From NCBI GenBank assembly GCA_016215655.1, contig JACRIT010000049.1, forward strand, positions 10 to 64,009: a stretch of DNA of 64,000 bases. Reading direction: 5' to 3'. Under the pieces are notes generated by a model. That model had not been told where the DNA came from. It made no database searches and worked only from the letters and a program-made list of their open reading frames with translations. This stretch comes from Acidimicrobiia bacterium. GTDB taxonomy: Bacteria; Actinomycetota; Acidimicrobiia; Spongiisociales; UBA11373. How positions within the stretch are numbered: the first letter of the stretch is position 1; every line of letters begins with the position of its first letter. A program made the position numbers and the translations under genes. This document shows, in pieces, positions 45,824-55,698 of the stretch.

Positions 45824-48800
45824 GTGTCGGACCGCAGCTTCGCCCATCTGCATCTCCACACGGAGTACTCGATGCTCGACGGTGCAGCCCGCATCCCCGA
45901 TGTGGTTGCCGCCGCCGCCGCCGACCACCAGCCGGCCGTCGGGCTCACCGATCACGGCGTGCTCTACGGGGCGGTCGACTTCTACCAGCAGGCCACCGCC
46001 GCCGGCCTGACCCCCGTGATCGGGATGGAGGGGTACCTCACCCCGGGTTCCCGGTTCGACCGGCCGCCGCGGCGCGATGACGTCCGGTATCACATCACGC
46101 TGCTCGCGGTCACCCAGCAGGGCTACGGCAATCTCGTCAAGCTCGCCAGTGCAGCCTTCCTCGATGGCTTCTACTACAAGCCACGCATGGATCACGAGTT
46201 GCTCGCTCGCCACTCCGCCGGACTGGTGGCCACCACCGGGTGCCTTGGTGGTCATGTGCCGCAACTCCTCGCCCCCGATGCTTCTGCCGAGGAGGGGAAT
46301 GTCGGAGTGCAGCGCGACTACGCGGCGGCACGCGAGGCGGCGGCGATGTACCAGGACATCTTCGGGAAGGATTCGTTCTTCGTCGAGATCATGGATCACG
46401 GTGTCGAGGCGCAACGAAGGGTGCTGCCGGATCTCGTCCAGATCTCTCGCGACATCGGGGCACCGCTGCTCGCCACCAACGACTGCCACTACACCCGGGA
46501 ATCGGAGGCCGAGGCGCACGACGCATTGCTCTGCATCCAGACGGGCGCCGAGATGTCGAACCCGTCGCGCTTCTCGTTCCAGGGGAGTGGCTACTACGTG
46601 AAATCGGCTCGTGAGATGCGGACGTTGTTCCCCGACGACCGCTTCCCGGGAGCATGCGACAACACCTTGGCCATCGCCGAACGGGCGGCGGTGCGAATGG
46701 AGTTCGGCAACATCCTCCTGCCGCAGTTCCCGGTGCCCGCCTCTGAGACCGAGTCGAGCTACCTGCGTCGCCTCGCCTACGAGGGCGCCAAGCTGCGATA
46801 CGGCGATCCGCTGGCGGCATCGGTGATCGAGCGCCTGGACTACGAACTCGGCGTCATCGACACCATGGGCTTCCCCGCCTACTTCCTCATCGTCTGGGAT
46901 CTCATTCGTCACGCTCGGGAGAACCGGATCCGTACCGGCCCGGCCCGGGGTTCGGCCGGCGGCTCGCTGGTGGCGTACAGCCTGCGCATCACCGATGTCG
47001 ATCCGCTGGCGTACGGACTGATCTTCGAACGGTTCCTGAACCCGGGCCGGCGGGAGATGCCCGACATCGACATGGACTTCGACGAGCGCTACCGCGCCGA
47101 AATGATCCGCTACGCCGCCGAGAAGTACGGACCCGATCACGTCGCCCAGATCGTGACCTTCTCGACGATCAAGGGGCGCCAGGCGGTACGCGATTCGGCC
47201 CGCGTGCTCGGCTTCAGCTACGCGCTCGGCGACCGGGTCGCCAAGGCGATGCCACCGCCCATCCTGGGCAGGGACGCCACCCTCGACCAGTGCCTCCATC
47301 CTCCCGGCCCGGGCGCCGAGGACTTCGAGCGCGACTACTACGCCAGCGCCTCCGGGCTCCGCGAGTTGTACGCCACCGATCCCGAGGCGAAGCGCGTGAT
47401 CGACACTGCCCGCGGCCTCGAGGGGCTGCGCCGCCAGGACTCGATCCATGCCGCCGCGGTCGTGATCTCCCCGACGCCGCTCACCTCGATCGTCCCCATC
47501 CAGCGCAAAGGGGAAGACGCCGAGATCGTGACCCAGTTCGAGATGCACGCCATCGAGCAGCTCGGTTTGCTGAAGATGGACTTCCTCGGATTGCGCAACC
47601 TCACCACCATCGAGCGATGTCTCGACCTCGTGGCGGAGAGCACCGGGGTCCGCCCCGACATCGACGCCGTACCGCTCGACGACCCCGAGGTCTACGAGAT
47701 GCTCTCCCGGGGTGAAGGCATGGGGGTGTTCCAGCTCGAAGGCTCCGGCATGCGGTCGCTCATGCGCAGCCTCCGGCCGGATCGCTTCCAGGACCTGATG
47801 GCCCTCATTTCGCTCTATCGGCCCGGTCCGCTCGGAGCCAACACGCATCTGCTCTACGCCGATCGCAAGAACGGGCGCGCCGCCATCGACTATCCCCACC
47901 CGGCGCTGTCAGCAGTGCTCGCCGAGACGTACGGGATCATCGTGTACCAGGAACAGGTGATGGAGGCGGCGCGGGTGATGGCGGGCTTCTCCCTCGCCGA
48001 GGCCGACACGCTGCGCAAGGCGATGGGGAAGAAGATCCCCGCGGTGATGGCGAAACAGGAGGAGATCTTCGTCGAGGGCGCCGTCGGGCAGGGGCATCCC
48101 CGCGAACTGGCGCAGTCGATCTTCGCCCTCATCTCGCACTTCGCCGGATACGGCTTCAACAAGCCACACGCCGCCGGATATGCCCTCGTCGCCTATCAGA
48201 CCGCGTGGCTCAAGGTGCACTACCCGGCGGAATACATGGCGGCGCTGCTGACCTCGTCGAAGCGCGACAAGGAGCGCACCGCGGTGTACCTGAGCGAGTG
48301 CCGCACCATGGGTGTGCGCGTGCTCGTTCCCGATGTGAATGCGTCCGAATCCGACTTCGTGGCTCGCCAGGGTGCCATTCCCTTCGGCCTCTCCGCGATC
48401 CGCAACGTCGGCGAAGGTGTCGTCGAGCTCATCACCGAGGAGCGGCGCAAGAACGGGGTCTACTCGTCGTTTCAGGACTTCATCGATCGCGTGGATCTGG
48501 CAGTGCTCAACAAGCGCACCATCGAGTCGCTCATCAAGGCCGGAGCCTTCGACACCACCGGGGCGACCCGCAAGGGCCTGCTCCTCGTGTACGAGCAGAT
48601 GATCGACGCCGTCATCACGAGGCGGCGCGCCGAAGACATGGGCCAGTTCTCCCTGTTCGGAGTGGAGGAGCCCTCGGCACGAGCTGGGGCGGTGGAGATC
48701 CCGGCAGGGGAGTGGGACAAGAAGGTGAAGCTGGCCTTCGAGAAGGAGATGCTCGGCCTGTACGTCTCCGACCATCCGCTCTTCGGAGTCGAAAGCCAGG

Positions 48801-49336
48801 TGCGGGCATTGGCCCGGACCCCCATCGCCACGCTCGACGAAGTCGCCGACGGGTCGACCGTGACCGTCGGCGGAATCGTCACCGCCGTGAGCCGTCGCTA
48901 TACCCGCAACGGGGAGCTCATGCTCTACTTCACGCTCGAGGACCTCGAGGCCGGGGTCGAGATCGTCGCCTTCCCCCGGACGGTCGCCGAGAAGGGCCCC
49001 TTCATCCGCGAGGACGCCATCCTCGTGGTGAAGGCCCGGGTCGATCAACGCGGTGACGACCTCAAACTCATCGCCCTCGATCTGTCGGAGCCCGAACTCG
49101 ATCGGGAGCTCGCCGTCCGGCTCCGGGTCCGGGCGGCGGTGATGTCGGCCGACCTCGTGGCTCGCCTTCGCGACGTCCTTGCCGATCATCCGGGATCGGT
49201 CCCGGTGTACGCCCACCTCGAGAGCGACGAGGGCACCCAGGGGGTTCGGGTGGGGGCGAAGCACTCCGTGGAGCCGCGCGCGGCCCTCTATGCCGATCTG
49301 CGGGCTCTGCTCGGGGCGGACGCGGTGCTCAGCTGA
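45824..49336 (+). CDS. dnaE: DNA polymerase III alpha subunit
   Basis: FAHLHLHTEYSMLDGA PHP-domain start; polymerase and OB-fold domains; about 1170 aa; the upstream in-frame extension would overlap the convergent gene and is rejected. Confidence 0.95.
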   Translation: MSDRSFAHLHLHTEYSMLDGAARIPDVVAAAAADHQPAVGLTDHGVLYGAVDFYQQATAAGLTPVIGMEGYLTPGSRFDRPPRRDDVRYHITLLAVTQQGYGNLVKLASAAFLDGFYYKPRMDHELLARHSAGLVATTGCLGGHVPQLLAPDASAEEGNVGVQRDYAAAREAAAMYQDIFGKDSFFVEIMDHGVEAQRRVLPDLVQISRDIGAPLLATNDCHYTRESEAEAHDALLCIQTGAEMSNPSRFSFQGSGYYVKSAREMRTLFPDDRFPGACDNTLAIAERAAVRMEFGNILLPQFPVPASETESSYLRRLAYEGAKLRYGDPLAASVIERLDYELGVIDTMGFPAYFLIVWDLIRHARENRIRTGPARGSAGGSLVAYSLRITDVDPLAYGLIFERFLNPGRREMPDIDMDFDERYRAEMIRYAAEKYGPDHVAQIVTFSTIKGRQAVRDSARVLGFSYALGDRVAKAMPPPILGRDATLDQCLHPPGPGAEDFERDYYASASGLRELYATDPEAKRVIDTARGLEGLRRQDSIHAAAVVISPTPLTSIVPIQRKGEDAEIVTQFEMHAIEQLGLLKMDFLGLRNLTTIERCLDLVAESTGVRPDIDAVPLDDPEVYEMLSRGEGMGVFQLEGSGMRSLMRSLRPDRFQDLMALISLYRPGPLGANTHLLYADRKNGRAAIDYPHPALSAVLAETYGIIVYQEQVMEAARVMAGFSLAEADTLRKAMGKKIPAVMAKQEEIFVEGAVGQGHPRELAQSIFALISHFAGYGFNKPHAAGYALVAYQTAWLKVHYPAEYMAALLTSSKRDKERTAVYLSECRTMGVRVLVPDVNASESDFVARQGAIPFGLSAIRNVGEGVVELITEERRKNGVYSSFQDFIDRVDLAVLNKRTIESLIKAGAFDTTGATRKGLLLVYEQMIDAVITRRRAEDMGQFSLFGVEEPSARAGAVEIPAGEWDKKVKLAFEKEMLGLYVSDHPLFGVESQVRALARTPIATLDEVADGSTVTVGGIVTAVSRRYTRNGELMLYFTLEDLEAGVEIVAFPRTVAEKGPFIREDAILVVKARVDQRGDDLKLIALDLSEPELDRELAVRLRVRAAVMSADLVARLRDVLADHPGSVPVYAHLESDEGTQGVRVGAKHSVEPRAALYADLRALLGADAVLS

Positions 49337-50342
49337 GCCCGGGATCGAAGCCGGCCGATCGCATGAGATCGGCGAGAGCGAGCGGACTCGCCGGCGGCTC
49401 GACCAGCCAGGGGAGTGGGATCGGGGTGACGCCGGTGTGGGAGGAGAAGGAATGCCGGAGCGCCTCGTGGCGAGCCGCCTCGGCCGCCCAGCGCGAGAGA
49501 TTCGCTCCGACCGGATCGGGTGGCGCCGGCGGCGCCTTCGTCCAGGCGTGAGGAACCACCCGGTTGAACACGACGGCCCGTGGCGCCCGCGTCGCGCCCG
49601 AGGGGTGGGACAGGATGCGACGTGCCTCGGCGATCGGCCCGGGGTCGGGCGTGACCACCACCACGAGCCCGGCGCCGGCATACAGGGCCTCGACGGCGCG
49701 GGAGCGCCGCGCCAAACCCGGGTAGATGGCGCTGAGGTCGAGGAGGAACTCGGCCACGTCCTCGAGGAGGCGCCCTCCCAGCACGGCATCGGCGACCTTG
49801 AGGGCCGGTCGGGCCGTCACGGAATAGACGAGCCGCCGACCGGGAAGGCGAGGGCCGGTGAGCACCCGCAGTGCCCGCCCTGCCACGAGGGTGCGGATTC
49901 GCCGCGGAGCGGCGAGGAAGGCCGATCCACCTTCTGCGGGAGGAGTGTCGACCACGATGTGGTCGTAGCTCCCCGACTCGGCATGGTGCAGCAGGGTCTC
50001 GCCTGCGGCGTAGTTCTGCCCGGAGGGGAACCGATCCGCCACCGCCCGGAAGTAGGGGTTGGTGACCAGTCGCCGCGCGGTGGCGGCATCGGCATGGCGG
50101 CGGGCGATGTCATCCCATGCCGCGGCGGCATCGAGCATGGCGACATCGAGGTGGGCGAAGCCGGCGACGCGAGTGGGGTCACTGGCTTGCCCGATCCCCA
50201 TGGCGTCGGCGAGGCGGCGGGCGGGGTCGACGGTGATGGCGAGGGTGCGCAACCCGGACTGGGCGATGAGCGCCGCCGTCCCGGCGGCGACGGTCGTCTT
50301 GCCCACCCCGCCCGAACCCATCACCAGGGTGATGCCGGTCAT
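49329..50342 (-). CDS. ArsA/Get3-like anion-transporting ATPase family protein
   Basis: LVMGSGGVGKTTVAAG deviant Walker A; ATGA overlap with the upstream paralog. Confidence 0.8.
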   Translation of the reverse strand: MTGITLVMGSGGVGKTTVAAGTAALIAQSGLRTLAITVDPARRLADAMGIGQASDPTRVAGFAHLDVAMLDAAAAWDDIARRHADAATARRLVTNPYFRAVADRFPSGQNYAAGETLLHHAESGSYDHIVVDTPPAEGGSAFLAAPRRIRTLVAGRALRVLTGPRLPGRRLVYSVTARPALKVADAVLGGRLLEDVAEFLLDLSAIYPGLARRSRAVEALYAGAGLVVVVTPDPGPIAEARRILSHPSGATRAPRAVVFNRVVPHAWTKAPPAPPDPVGANLSRWAAEAARHEALRHSFSSHTGVTPIPLPWLVEPPASPLALADLMRSAGFDPGLS

Positions 50343-51250
50343 GGCAGCTCCCAGAGGTCGGCGATCCGGGAGGCGGTCTCATCGGGGGTGTGCATGCCGA
50401 ACAGGAGCGACACCACCCGGTCGGGACGCAGCTCGGCGAGATGACGGTGCTGCGCCTCGGTGAGGGCGAGCTGGAATCGAGCGGCCTCGAGTGCCGGGCC
50501 GGGGGCGATGCCGGCGATGGCGGCGGCGTCGAAGCCCACCTCGGGGAGCACCTTGTTGGCGATGACCGCCGCCACCGCCGTCGTGTCCGCCATGTGGTCG
50601 CGGAATGCCATCGCCTCGGTGACCGGAAGCTCCTCCGGGGTGGCGACGACGACGACACCGGTGTGCTCGGGATCCTGGAGGAGGGAGCGCAGCCACGCCG
50701 CCTGATCGCGCACGGCTCCTCCCGGCACGAGACCGGCGATCGTCTCCGGGGCGCCGAGGTACGACTGCACCTGGCCGGTCGGGGGCGCATCTGCCACGAC
50801 GAGGTCCCAGGCAGGCAGGGTGGAATCGTGCACGACCTTGCCGATCATCACCGTGTCGCGGATACCGGGAACCGTGTCGACCACGGCCGCGAAGATCCGG
50901 GCCACGGCACCGAGGTGCGGGATCCGGATGCGATGACGGAGATACTCATCCAGCGCAGAGGCGGGCTCGACGACCGCGGCGTGCACGTCGCCGAATGCCT
51001 CGGGACTCGGACCGAGCCGGGGGGCGCCGAGGTGGCGGGCGAGGCCGTCGCCGTCCCCCATTGCCAGGGCGAGGACGCGCATCCCCCGGCGACCCGCGGC
51101 GATGGCCAGGGACGCCGCCACGGCGCTCTTGCCCGTGCCGCCCTTTCCCGTGACCACGCACAACCGTCGTTCGAGCACCGCGCCGAGGCTAGGCATGTGT
51201 CGCCTAGCCTGGAATGAGCCATCGAGGAGGGCCGTGGCCGAGTTCGACAT
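50339..51250 (-). CDS. ArsA/Get3-like ATPase family protein (paralog)
   Basis: CVVTGKGGTGKSAVAAS P-loop; an alternative start at Met-19 (51196) would put the P-loop near the N-terminus. Confidence 0.75.
   Translation of the reverse strand: MSNSATALLDGSFQARRHMPSLGAVLERRLCVVTGKGGTGKSAVAASLAIAAGRRGMRVLALAMGDGDGLARHLGAPRLGPSPEAFGDVHAAVVEPASALDEYLRHRIRIPHLGAVARIFAAVVDTVPGIRDTVMIGKVVHDSTLPAWDLVVADAPPTGQVQSYLGAPETIAGLVPGGAVRDQAAWLRSLLQDPEHTGVVVVATPEELPVTEAMAFRDHMADTTAVAAVIANKVLPEVGFDAAAIAGIAPGPALEAARFQLALTEAQHRHLAELRPDRVVSLLFGMHTPDETASRIADLWELP
51188..51212. promoter_or_regulatory. Perfect 9-bp inverted repeat AGGCTAGGC-N7-GCCTAGCCT at the 5' end of the ArsA-pair operon
   Basis: Palindrome overlaps the alternative start codon (51196) of the second ArsA-like gene and lies just before the divergent small ORF. 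Confidence 0.35.
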
Positions 51251-51449
51251 CGATGCATTTCGCCACCGGTTCCGGGACCGCGCTGCGGCCGTGAAGGAGC
51301 GGGGGGTGCCGCCGCTCGAGGGCGAAGCCCGACGACGCTTCCTGGCATCCGCGCAGCAGGACTACATCGACTACTCGCTGGTGGCGGACGCCGAGGCGAG
51401 CGTCGAGGACGGAGCGCTCGTGCTCCGCATCCCGCTCAGCGGGGGGTAG
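51234..51449 (+). CDS. Small hypothetical protein (72 aa), divergent from the ArsA pair
   Basis: GTG start after a GAGGAGG SD; acidic/basic mixed composition unlike the Arg/Pro artefact ORFs; no family recognised. Confidence 0.3.
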   Translation: MAEFDIDAFRHRFRDRAAAVKERGVPPLEGEARRRFLASAQQDYIDYSLVADAEASVEDGALVLRIPLSGG

Positions 51450-51458
51450 CGAGCCCGC

Positions 51459-53099
51459 TCAGTCGATCGGGTCGGCGAGACCTGCTGCGGCCCGCCGTGC
51501 GGCCGCCCGCCGCTCGCCGTCGAGGCGGCCGAGCTCCGTTTCGCCGTGATCCACGAACCGCATCGCATCGGCGATGGCGTGGTGACCAGCCTGGTCCCGG
51601 ATGAGGCGATGCATCTCCTGGCACACGCGGCGGTATCCGGGGTGCCCGCCGGGGGCGGTGCGCAACTCGATGAGATGCATCGCCTCCCTGGCGTTCAGCT
51701 GCATCATGAAGCGAATCCGGTAGGCAAAGGGGATGGCGTACTGGGCGACCTCGGGCCCGAAGGCTGTGTCGAGGCGGGCGGCGAGGGCGGCTGCGGACTC
51801 CATCGCCTCGGCCCAGCGTTCGGATTCGCCGAGCTCGGCGATCGCCGGCGGAACCACATACCCGTGCCGGGTGCCGAGGCGCTGCCACTCCAGGGTGAGC
51901 AGGCGGTGACGCTGCAGGTCGCGGAAGATCCCGTAGTCGCAGAGGATGTCGAAGCGGTATCCCGTCCGCTCGAAGGCGCGGCCCGGCTTGTGCCGGCGGT
52001 TGGCACGCCGGCCGACGTAGCCGTCGATGAGCCGGCGGCGTTCATCCACGGGAAGGTCCCGTACCCGGGCGAGAAGCACATCGTCGGGGAGGCCGGTCAC
52101 GGAGTAGAGCGCCGCCGCCGCCACCTTGATCTCTGCCTCGGGATCCCACTCCACGAGGGTCACCTCCGGCCGATCCGGAGTCGGCCCGTCGATCTCGGCG
52201 CCGAGACGGTGCATCGCCGCCGCGGTGGCCTCCAGGTAACCCGACCACTCTCCGCCGCGTTCGGGGACGTCGACCCGTCGAAGGAAGGCGGGCGCCATCT
52301 TCCGCAACTCGGCAAGCATGAGGTCCGAGTAGGCCCGGACTTCGGCGAGGGGATGAGCCCGCATGCGCAGCAGCAGCATCTCGAAGGCCTGGCCCGAACC
52401 GTGGATGCCGACGTTCGAGATGGTGGCGGCGGGGAGCAGTCCACGCAGGTCGTCACACACCTTCGCCCGAATGGTGCTGCGGTAGACGAAGCCGGAGTCC
52501 TCGGGCTGCCTGGGGAAGAGCGACTCGTAGTAGGCCGTCGATCTCCGCGTGAGCGTTCCGTAGAGCGTGAAGAGGGCGTCGAGCGTGTTCCGGAAACCGG
52601 ACTCGAGAACGGAACCGGCCACCTCGGGCGGCACCGCATAGCGGAAGCGGCCACCGAGCGGCTCGTCATAGAACATGTACCGCGTGCTCTGCTCCAGGTA
52701 GGCGGCGAGCCGCCCCCACTCGAGCACCTTGGTCAGCACGTTCGATGCCTGTTCGCAGGCGAGATGCATCGCTCCGAGCTGGGCCACCGAGTCGTCTCCG
52801 TACTGGGTGAACACCCTGGCATAGAGCTCCTCGGCGCGGGCGAGGTGGATCGTCCCGGACGGGTCGCCCATCGCCTGCGCCATAGCCTCGATGCCGGACT
52901 CGGGGGCGGCGAACTCGTCGAGGAAGAGCCGGCGCAACGACTTCGGGCTTCGGCTGTATCGGGCGAAGAGCGCCCCCTTGACGACCTCGGGGAGGTTGAC
53001 CAGACCGAACACCGGCCCGGTCGTGTTCGTGAAGAACCGGCCCAGCAGAGCCGCCTCGTGGTGGGTGAACGGCTCCTGGAAGTACTCGATGGCCGTCAT
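51459..53099 (-). CDS. Fused double-domain ThyX-like (Thy1 fold) protein, putative flavin-dependent thymidylate synthase paralog
   Basis: 546 aa, about twice ThyX length; N-terminal half carries FARYSRS (ThyX S-x-RYS-like) and C-terminal half carries IFRDLQRHRLL (ThyX RHR motif); neither half has both. Confidence 0.5.
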   Translation of the reverse strand: MTAIEYFQEPFTHHEAALLGRFFTNTTGPVFGLVNLPEVVKGALFARYSRSPKSLRRLFLDEFAAPESGIEAMAQAMGDPSGTIHLARAEELYARVFTQYGDDSVAQLGAMHLACEQASNVLTKVLEWGRLAAYLEQSTRYMFYDEPLGGRFRYAVPPEVAGSVLESGFRNTLDALFTLYGTLTRRSTAYYESLFPRQPEDSGFVYRSTIRAKVCDDLRGLLPAATISNVGIHGSGQAFEMLLLRMRAHPLAEVRAYSDLMLAELRKMAPAFLRRVDVPERGGEWSGYLEATAAAMHRLGAEIDGPTPDRPEVTLVEWDPEAEIKVAAAALYSVTGLPDDVLLARVRDLPVDERRRLIDGYVGRRANRRHKPGRAFERTGYRFDILCDYGIFRDLQRHRLLTLEWQRLGTRHGYVVPPAIAELGESERWAEAMESAAALAARLDTAFGPEVAQYAIPFAYRIRFMMQLNAREAMHLIELRTAPGGHPGYRRVCQEMHRLIRDQAGHHAIADAMRFVDHGETELGRLDGERRAAARRAAAGLADPID

Positions 53100-53217
53100 G
53101 TCACACGCCTGTGATTCACCGCAGGGCGACCCTACCCCGCGGCACCGGCGGTGGCAACCGTGACGCCCTCCGCCCGGGTGGGCGCGTTGCCGAACGCGAC
53201 CGCCCTACCGTTCGGTC

Positions 53218-53523
53218 GTGACCACGATCCGGGTACTCGTCATCGCCATCATCGTCACCATCATCGCGGTGGCCCTGCTGCCGTTGGCGGTGCTCCTCGA
53301 CCTGGCCGGCGGGGGCGACGGCTTCGGACTGTGCACCGGAGGGATCAGCGAGTGCCGCACCTCCTACTTCGATGGCCCCGAGCTCCTCGGGGTCCTCGGC
53401 CTCGTCCTGCTTCTCCTCTTGATGGCGCTGCGGGCCGCCCTCCACGTCCGGACCCTGGCCGAGGCCCGCCGCGACGACGAGGCGCTTGACGAGTCGTCCG
53501 GTGACCGCCTCGGGCGCCTCTGA
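53218..53523 (+). CDS. Small membrane protein, hypothetical
   Basis: VLVIAIIVTIIAVALLPLAVLLDLAG and LLGVLGLVLLLLLMAL hydrophobic helices; coordinates taken from the ORF track. Confidence 0.4.
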   Translation: MTTIRVLVIAIIVTIIAVALLPLAVLLDLAGGGDGFGLCTGGISECRTSYFDGPELLGVLGLVLLLLLMALRAALHVRTLAEARRDDEALDESSGDRLGRL

Positions 53524-53526
53524 CCG

Positions 53527-54468
53527 TCAGATGTCGGCCAGACCTCGTGCCGACCACGGTTCCTCCGGCAGCTCCGTCCCGCCGGAGGGGAGTTCGTCTT
53601 CGGGACCCGTACCGGCGATGACGACATAGATCCCCACCAGGATCAGGGCTGCGCCGATGAGACCGCGCCAGCCGAGGCGCTCGTCGAGGACGATGGCACC
53701 GGTGAGTGCGGCGAAGGCCGGCTCGAGTGCGAGGATGAGTGCCGTGCGAGACGGGCCGAGGAGCGTCTGACTCCACACCTGGAGGAGGAAGGCGCCGGCG
53801 CTGATGAAGAGGCCGGTCCCGAGCAGGGGGAGCGCCATGTCGGCTCCCGGGACCGTGAAGTCCTCGAAGAGCGCGGAGAAGACCAGGCCGAGCACGCCCG
53901 TGACGGCGAGTTGGACGCCGGTGAGGGCGATGACCGGGAAGCGATGCGCCACCCGCGCCAGGTAGACGATGTGGCCGGCAAAGGCGACGGCACACGCAAC
54001 GGTCCACAGGTCGCCACTGCGGAGGGCGAATCCATCGGACAGGGTGAGTGCCGCCAGGCCGGCGAAGGCGATGATCGCTCCGCCGAAGACCGCCGGCCGC
54101 GGTGCCCGGCGGCGCAGCATCGAGGCGAACACCGGGGTGAACACCACGTAGAGGCCCGTGACGAGTCCGGAGTTCGACGCCGAGGTCGTGACGAGTCCCT
54201 TGGTCTGGCAGGCGTAACCGGCGAAGAGCCACAAGCCGGCGACGGTGCCGGCGATGAGGGCCGGGCGGGACCGAGGGCGGGAGATCGCCAGCAGTACCGC
54301 GGCGCCGATCATGAATCGCCACCCGACGAACCCGAGCGGCGGAAGGAGGTCGAGGGCGTCCTTCACGACGACGAAGGTTGCGCCGAACAGGAATGCGGCG
54401 AAGGCCAGAGCGATGGCGGCGAGCGTGGTGCGACCCGGCACGACGGGCGAGGATATCGGGCGAGCCAC
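53527..54468 (-). CDS. EamA/DMT-superfamily transporter
   Basis: Ten TM helices with the duplicated EamA-domain pattern; 313 aa. Confidence 0.8.
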   Translation of the reverse strand: MARPISSPVVPGRTTLAAIALAFAAFLFGATFVVVKDALDLLPPLGFVGWRFMIGAAVLLAISRPRSRPALIAGTVAGLWLFAGYACQTKGLVTTSASNSGLVTGLYVVFTPVFASMLRRRAPRPAVFGGAIIAFAGLAALTLSDGFALRSGDLWTVACAVAFAGHIVYLARVAHRFPVIALTGVQLAVTGVLGLVFSALFEDFTVPGADMALPLLGTGLFISAGAFLLQVWSQTLLGPSRTALILALEPAFAALTGAIVLDERLGWRGLIGAALILVGIYVVIAGTGPEDELPSGGTELPEEPWSARGLADI

Positions 54469-54482
54469 GATTCGGTCCGGGC

Positions 54483-54860
54483 TCAGGATCGGCTTAAGGC
54501 CGTTGCGGTCCCGGCGAGGGCGATGAGGGTCCCGCCGAGGAGGACGAAGGCGCCGGCACCGAGAGACGCTCCGGCGGTGTCGTTCACGGCCACGAGGGCA
54601 TCGCTGAGCTTGAACACGGCGAACAGGACCGCGAGACAGGCGGTGAGGATGACGGCGATGGCGACCGGAGGGCGGAGTCCGCGCTCTCGGTCACCGAACA
54701 CCGCGGCTGCAGCCACCGGAGTGAGGGGGAGCAAGGCCGGCCAGGCGTCGGCCTCGATACCCCCGATGATGCCGAGGACGGGAAGGGTGGCAAAGGGGAA
54801 TGCCATGGCCAATGCGGCGAAGCCGGTTCCGACCAGGGTGATGAGCCGCCAGAGGTGCAC
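54483..54860 (-). CDS. Membrane protein, hypothetical (four TM)
   Basis: Hydrophobic 125-aa ORF immediately downstream of, and co-directional with, the next membrane-protein gene. Confidence 0.4.
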   Translation of the reverse strand: MHLWRLITLVGTGFAALAMAFPFATLPVLGIIGGIEADAWPALLPLTPVAAAAVFGDRERGLRPPVAIAVILTACLAVLFAVFKLSDALVAVNDTAGASLGAGAFVLLGGTLIALAGTATALSRS

Positions 54861-54863
54861 GGC

Positions 54864-55622
54864 TCAGCGGGAACCGGGGCGGATGGGTGGAGGGTCGTCG
54901 TCGAAGTCGTCGTCGTCCACGTACCGGTCGGCAGCGCCGTCGGCGTCGAACACGAGACCAGGCTGACGCAGCGGGGCAGGCTCGACCCGCGTCTCGGGGA
55001 TTTCGAGCGAGTCGAACAGGGGATCGGCAAAGGGGCTCTGCTCGGCGGGGGCCCGGGCAGGCCGGGGCCGGGCCGGCTCCGGGGCGGCAGGGCGTGTCGG
55101 TGACCCGGCTACTGCCCGGCCCGGCGGCGCCGCCCCCGGTCGCGGCGCCGGACGCGCCGAAGTGGAGGTGGCGGCGATGCGCGTTGGCGACCCTCCCGAG
55201 GGAAGGCCCATCCACGATCGGGCGAGGCCGATGGCGACGCCGACGACGGTCACGAAGGAGCCGAAGACGAGAAGTCGGATTCCGAGGCCGAGGCTGCCCC
55301 CGAGGGTATCGGCGAGCACGACGGCGTCGAGGTACTTCACCACGGTGTAGGGGAAGGCGGCCAGGCCGAGGACGAGCGACCCCCAGGCCAGCGGGCGGGG
55401 GAGGGGTCGGGTGTGATCCGGGATCAGGGTCACGACGAAGATCGGCGCCACCAGCAGGAGCGCGGGAAGGGCATCGAGGGTCATGGCCGACCGGTTGCCG
55501 CTGGGAGCCGAGACGAAGGTGAGGCTCATCGAGGCGAGCACGAGCAGCACGCCGATATCGGTGACGATGCGCGAAGCATGGAACGCAAGCGTTGTCGTCC
55601 CCGTCCGACTGCGAGTCACCAC
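54864..55622 (-). CDS. Membrane protein with Pro/Asp-rich C-terminal tail, hypothetical
   Basis: Four or five TM helices (DIGVLLVLASMSLTFV...), then PAPRPGAAPPGR...DDDDFDDDPPP low-complexity tail. Confidence 0.45.
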   Translation of the reverse strand: MVTRSRTGTTTLAFHASRIVTDIGVLLVLASMSLTFVSAPSGNRSAMTLDALPALLLVAPIFVVTLIPDHTRPLPRPLAWGSLVLGLAAFPYTVVKYLDAVVLADTLGGSLGLGIRLLVFGSFVTVVGVAIGLARSWMGLPSGGSPTRIAATSTSARPAPRPGAAPPGRAVAGSPTRPAAPEPARPRPARAPAEQSPFADPLFDSLEIPETRVEPAPLRQPGLVFDADGAADRYVDDDDFDDDPPPIRPGSR

Positions 55623-55698
55623 GTGGCCTCCGATGATGCCGACGAAGCGAGGTTAGATCGCTTCACGCCCCGGGGCCGGTGATCCCGTCCCGGCGGTA

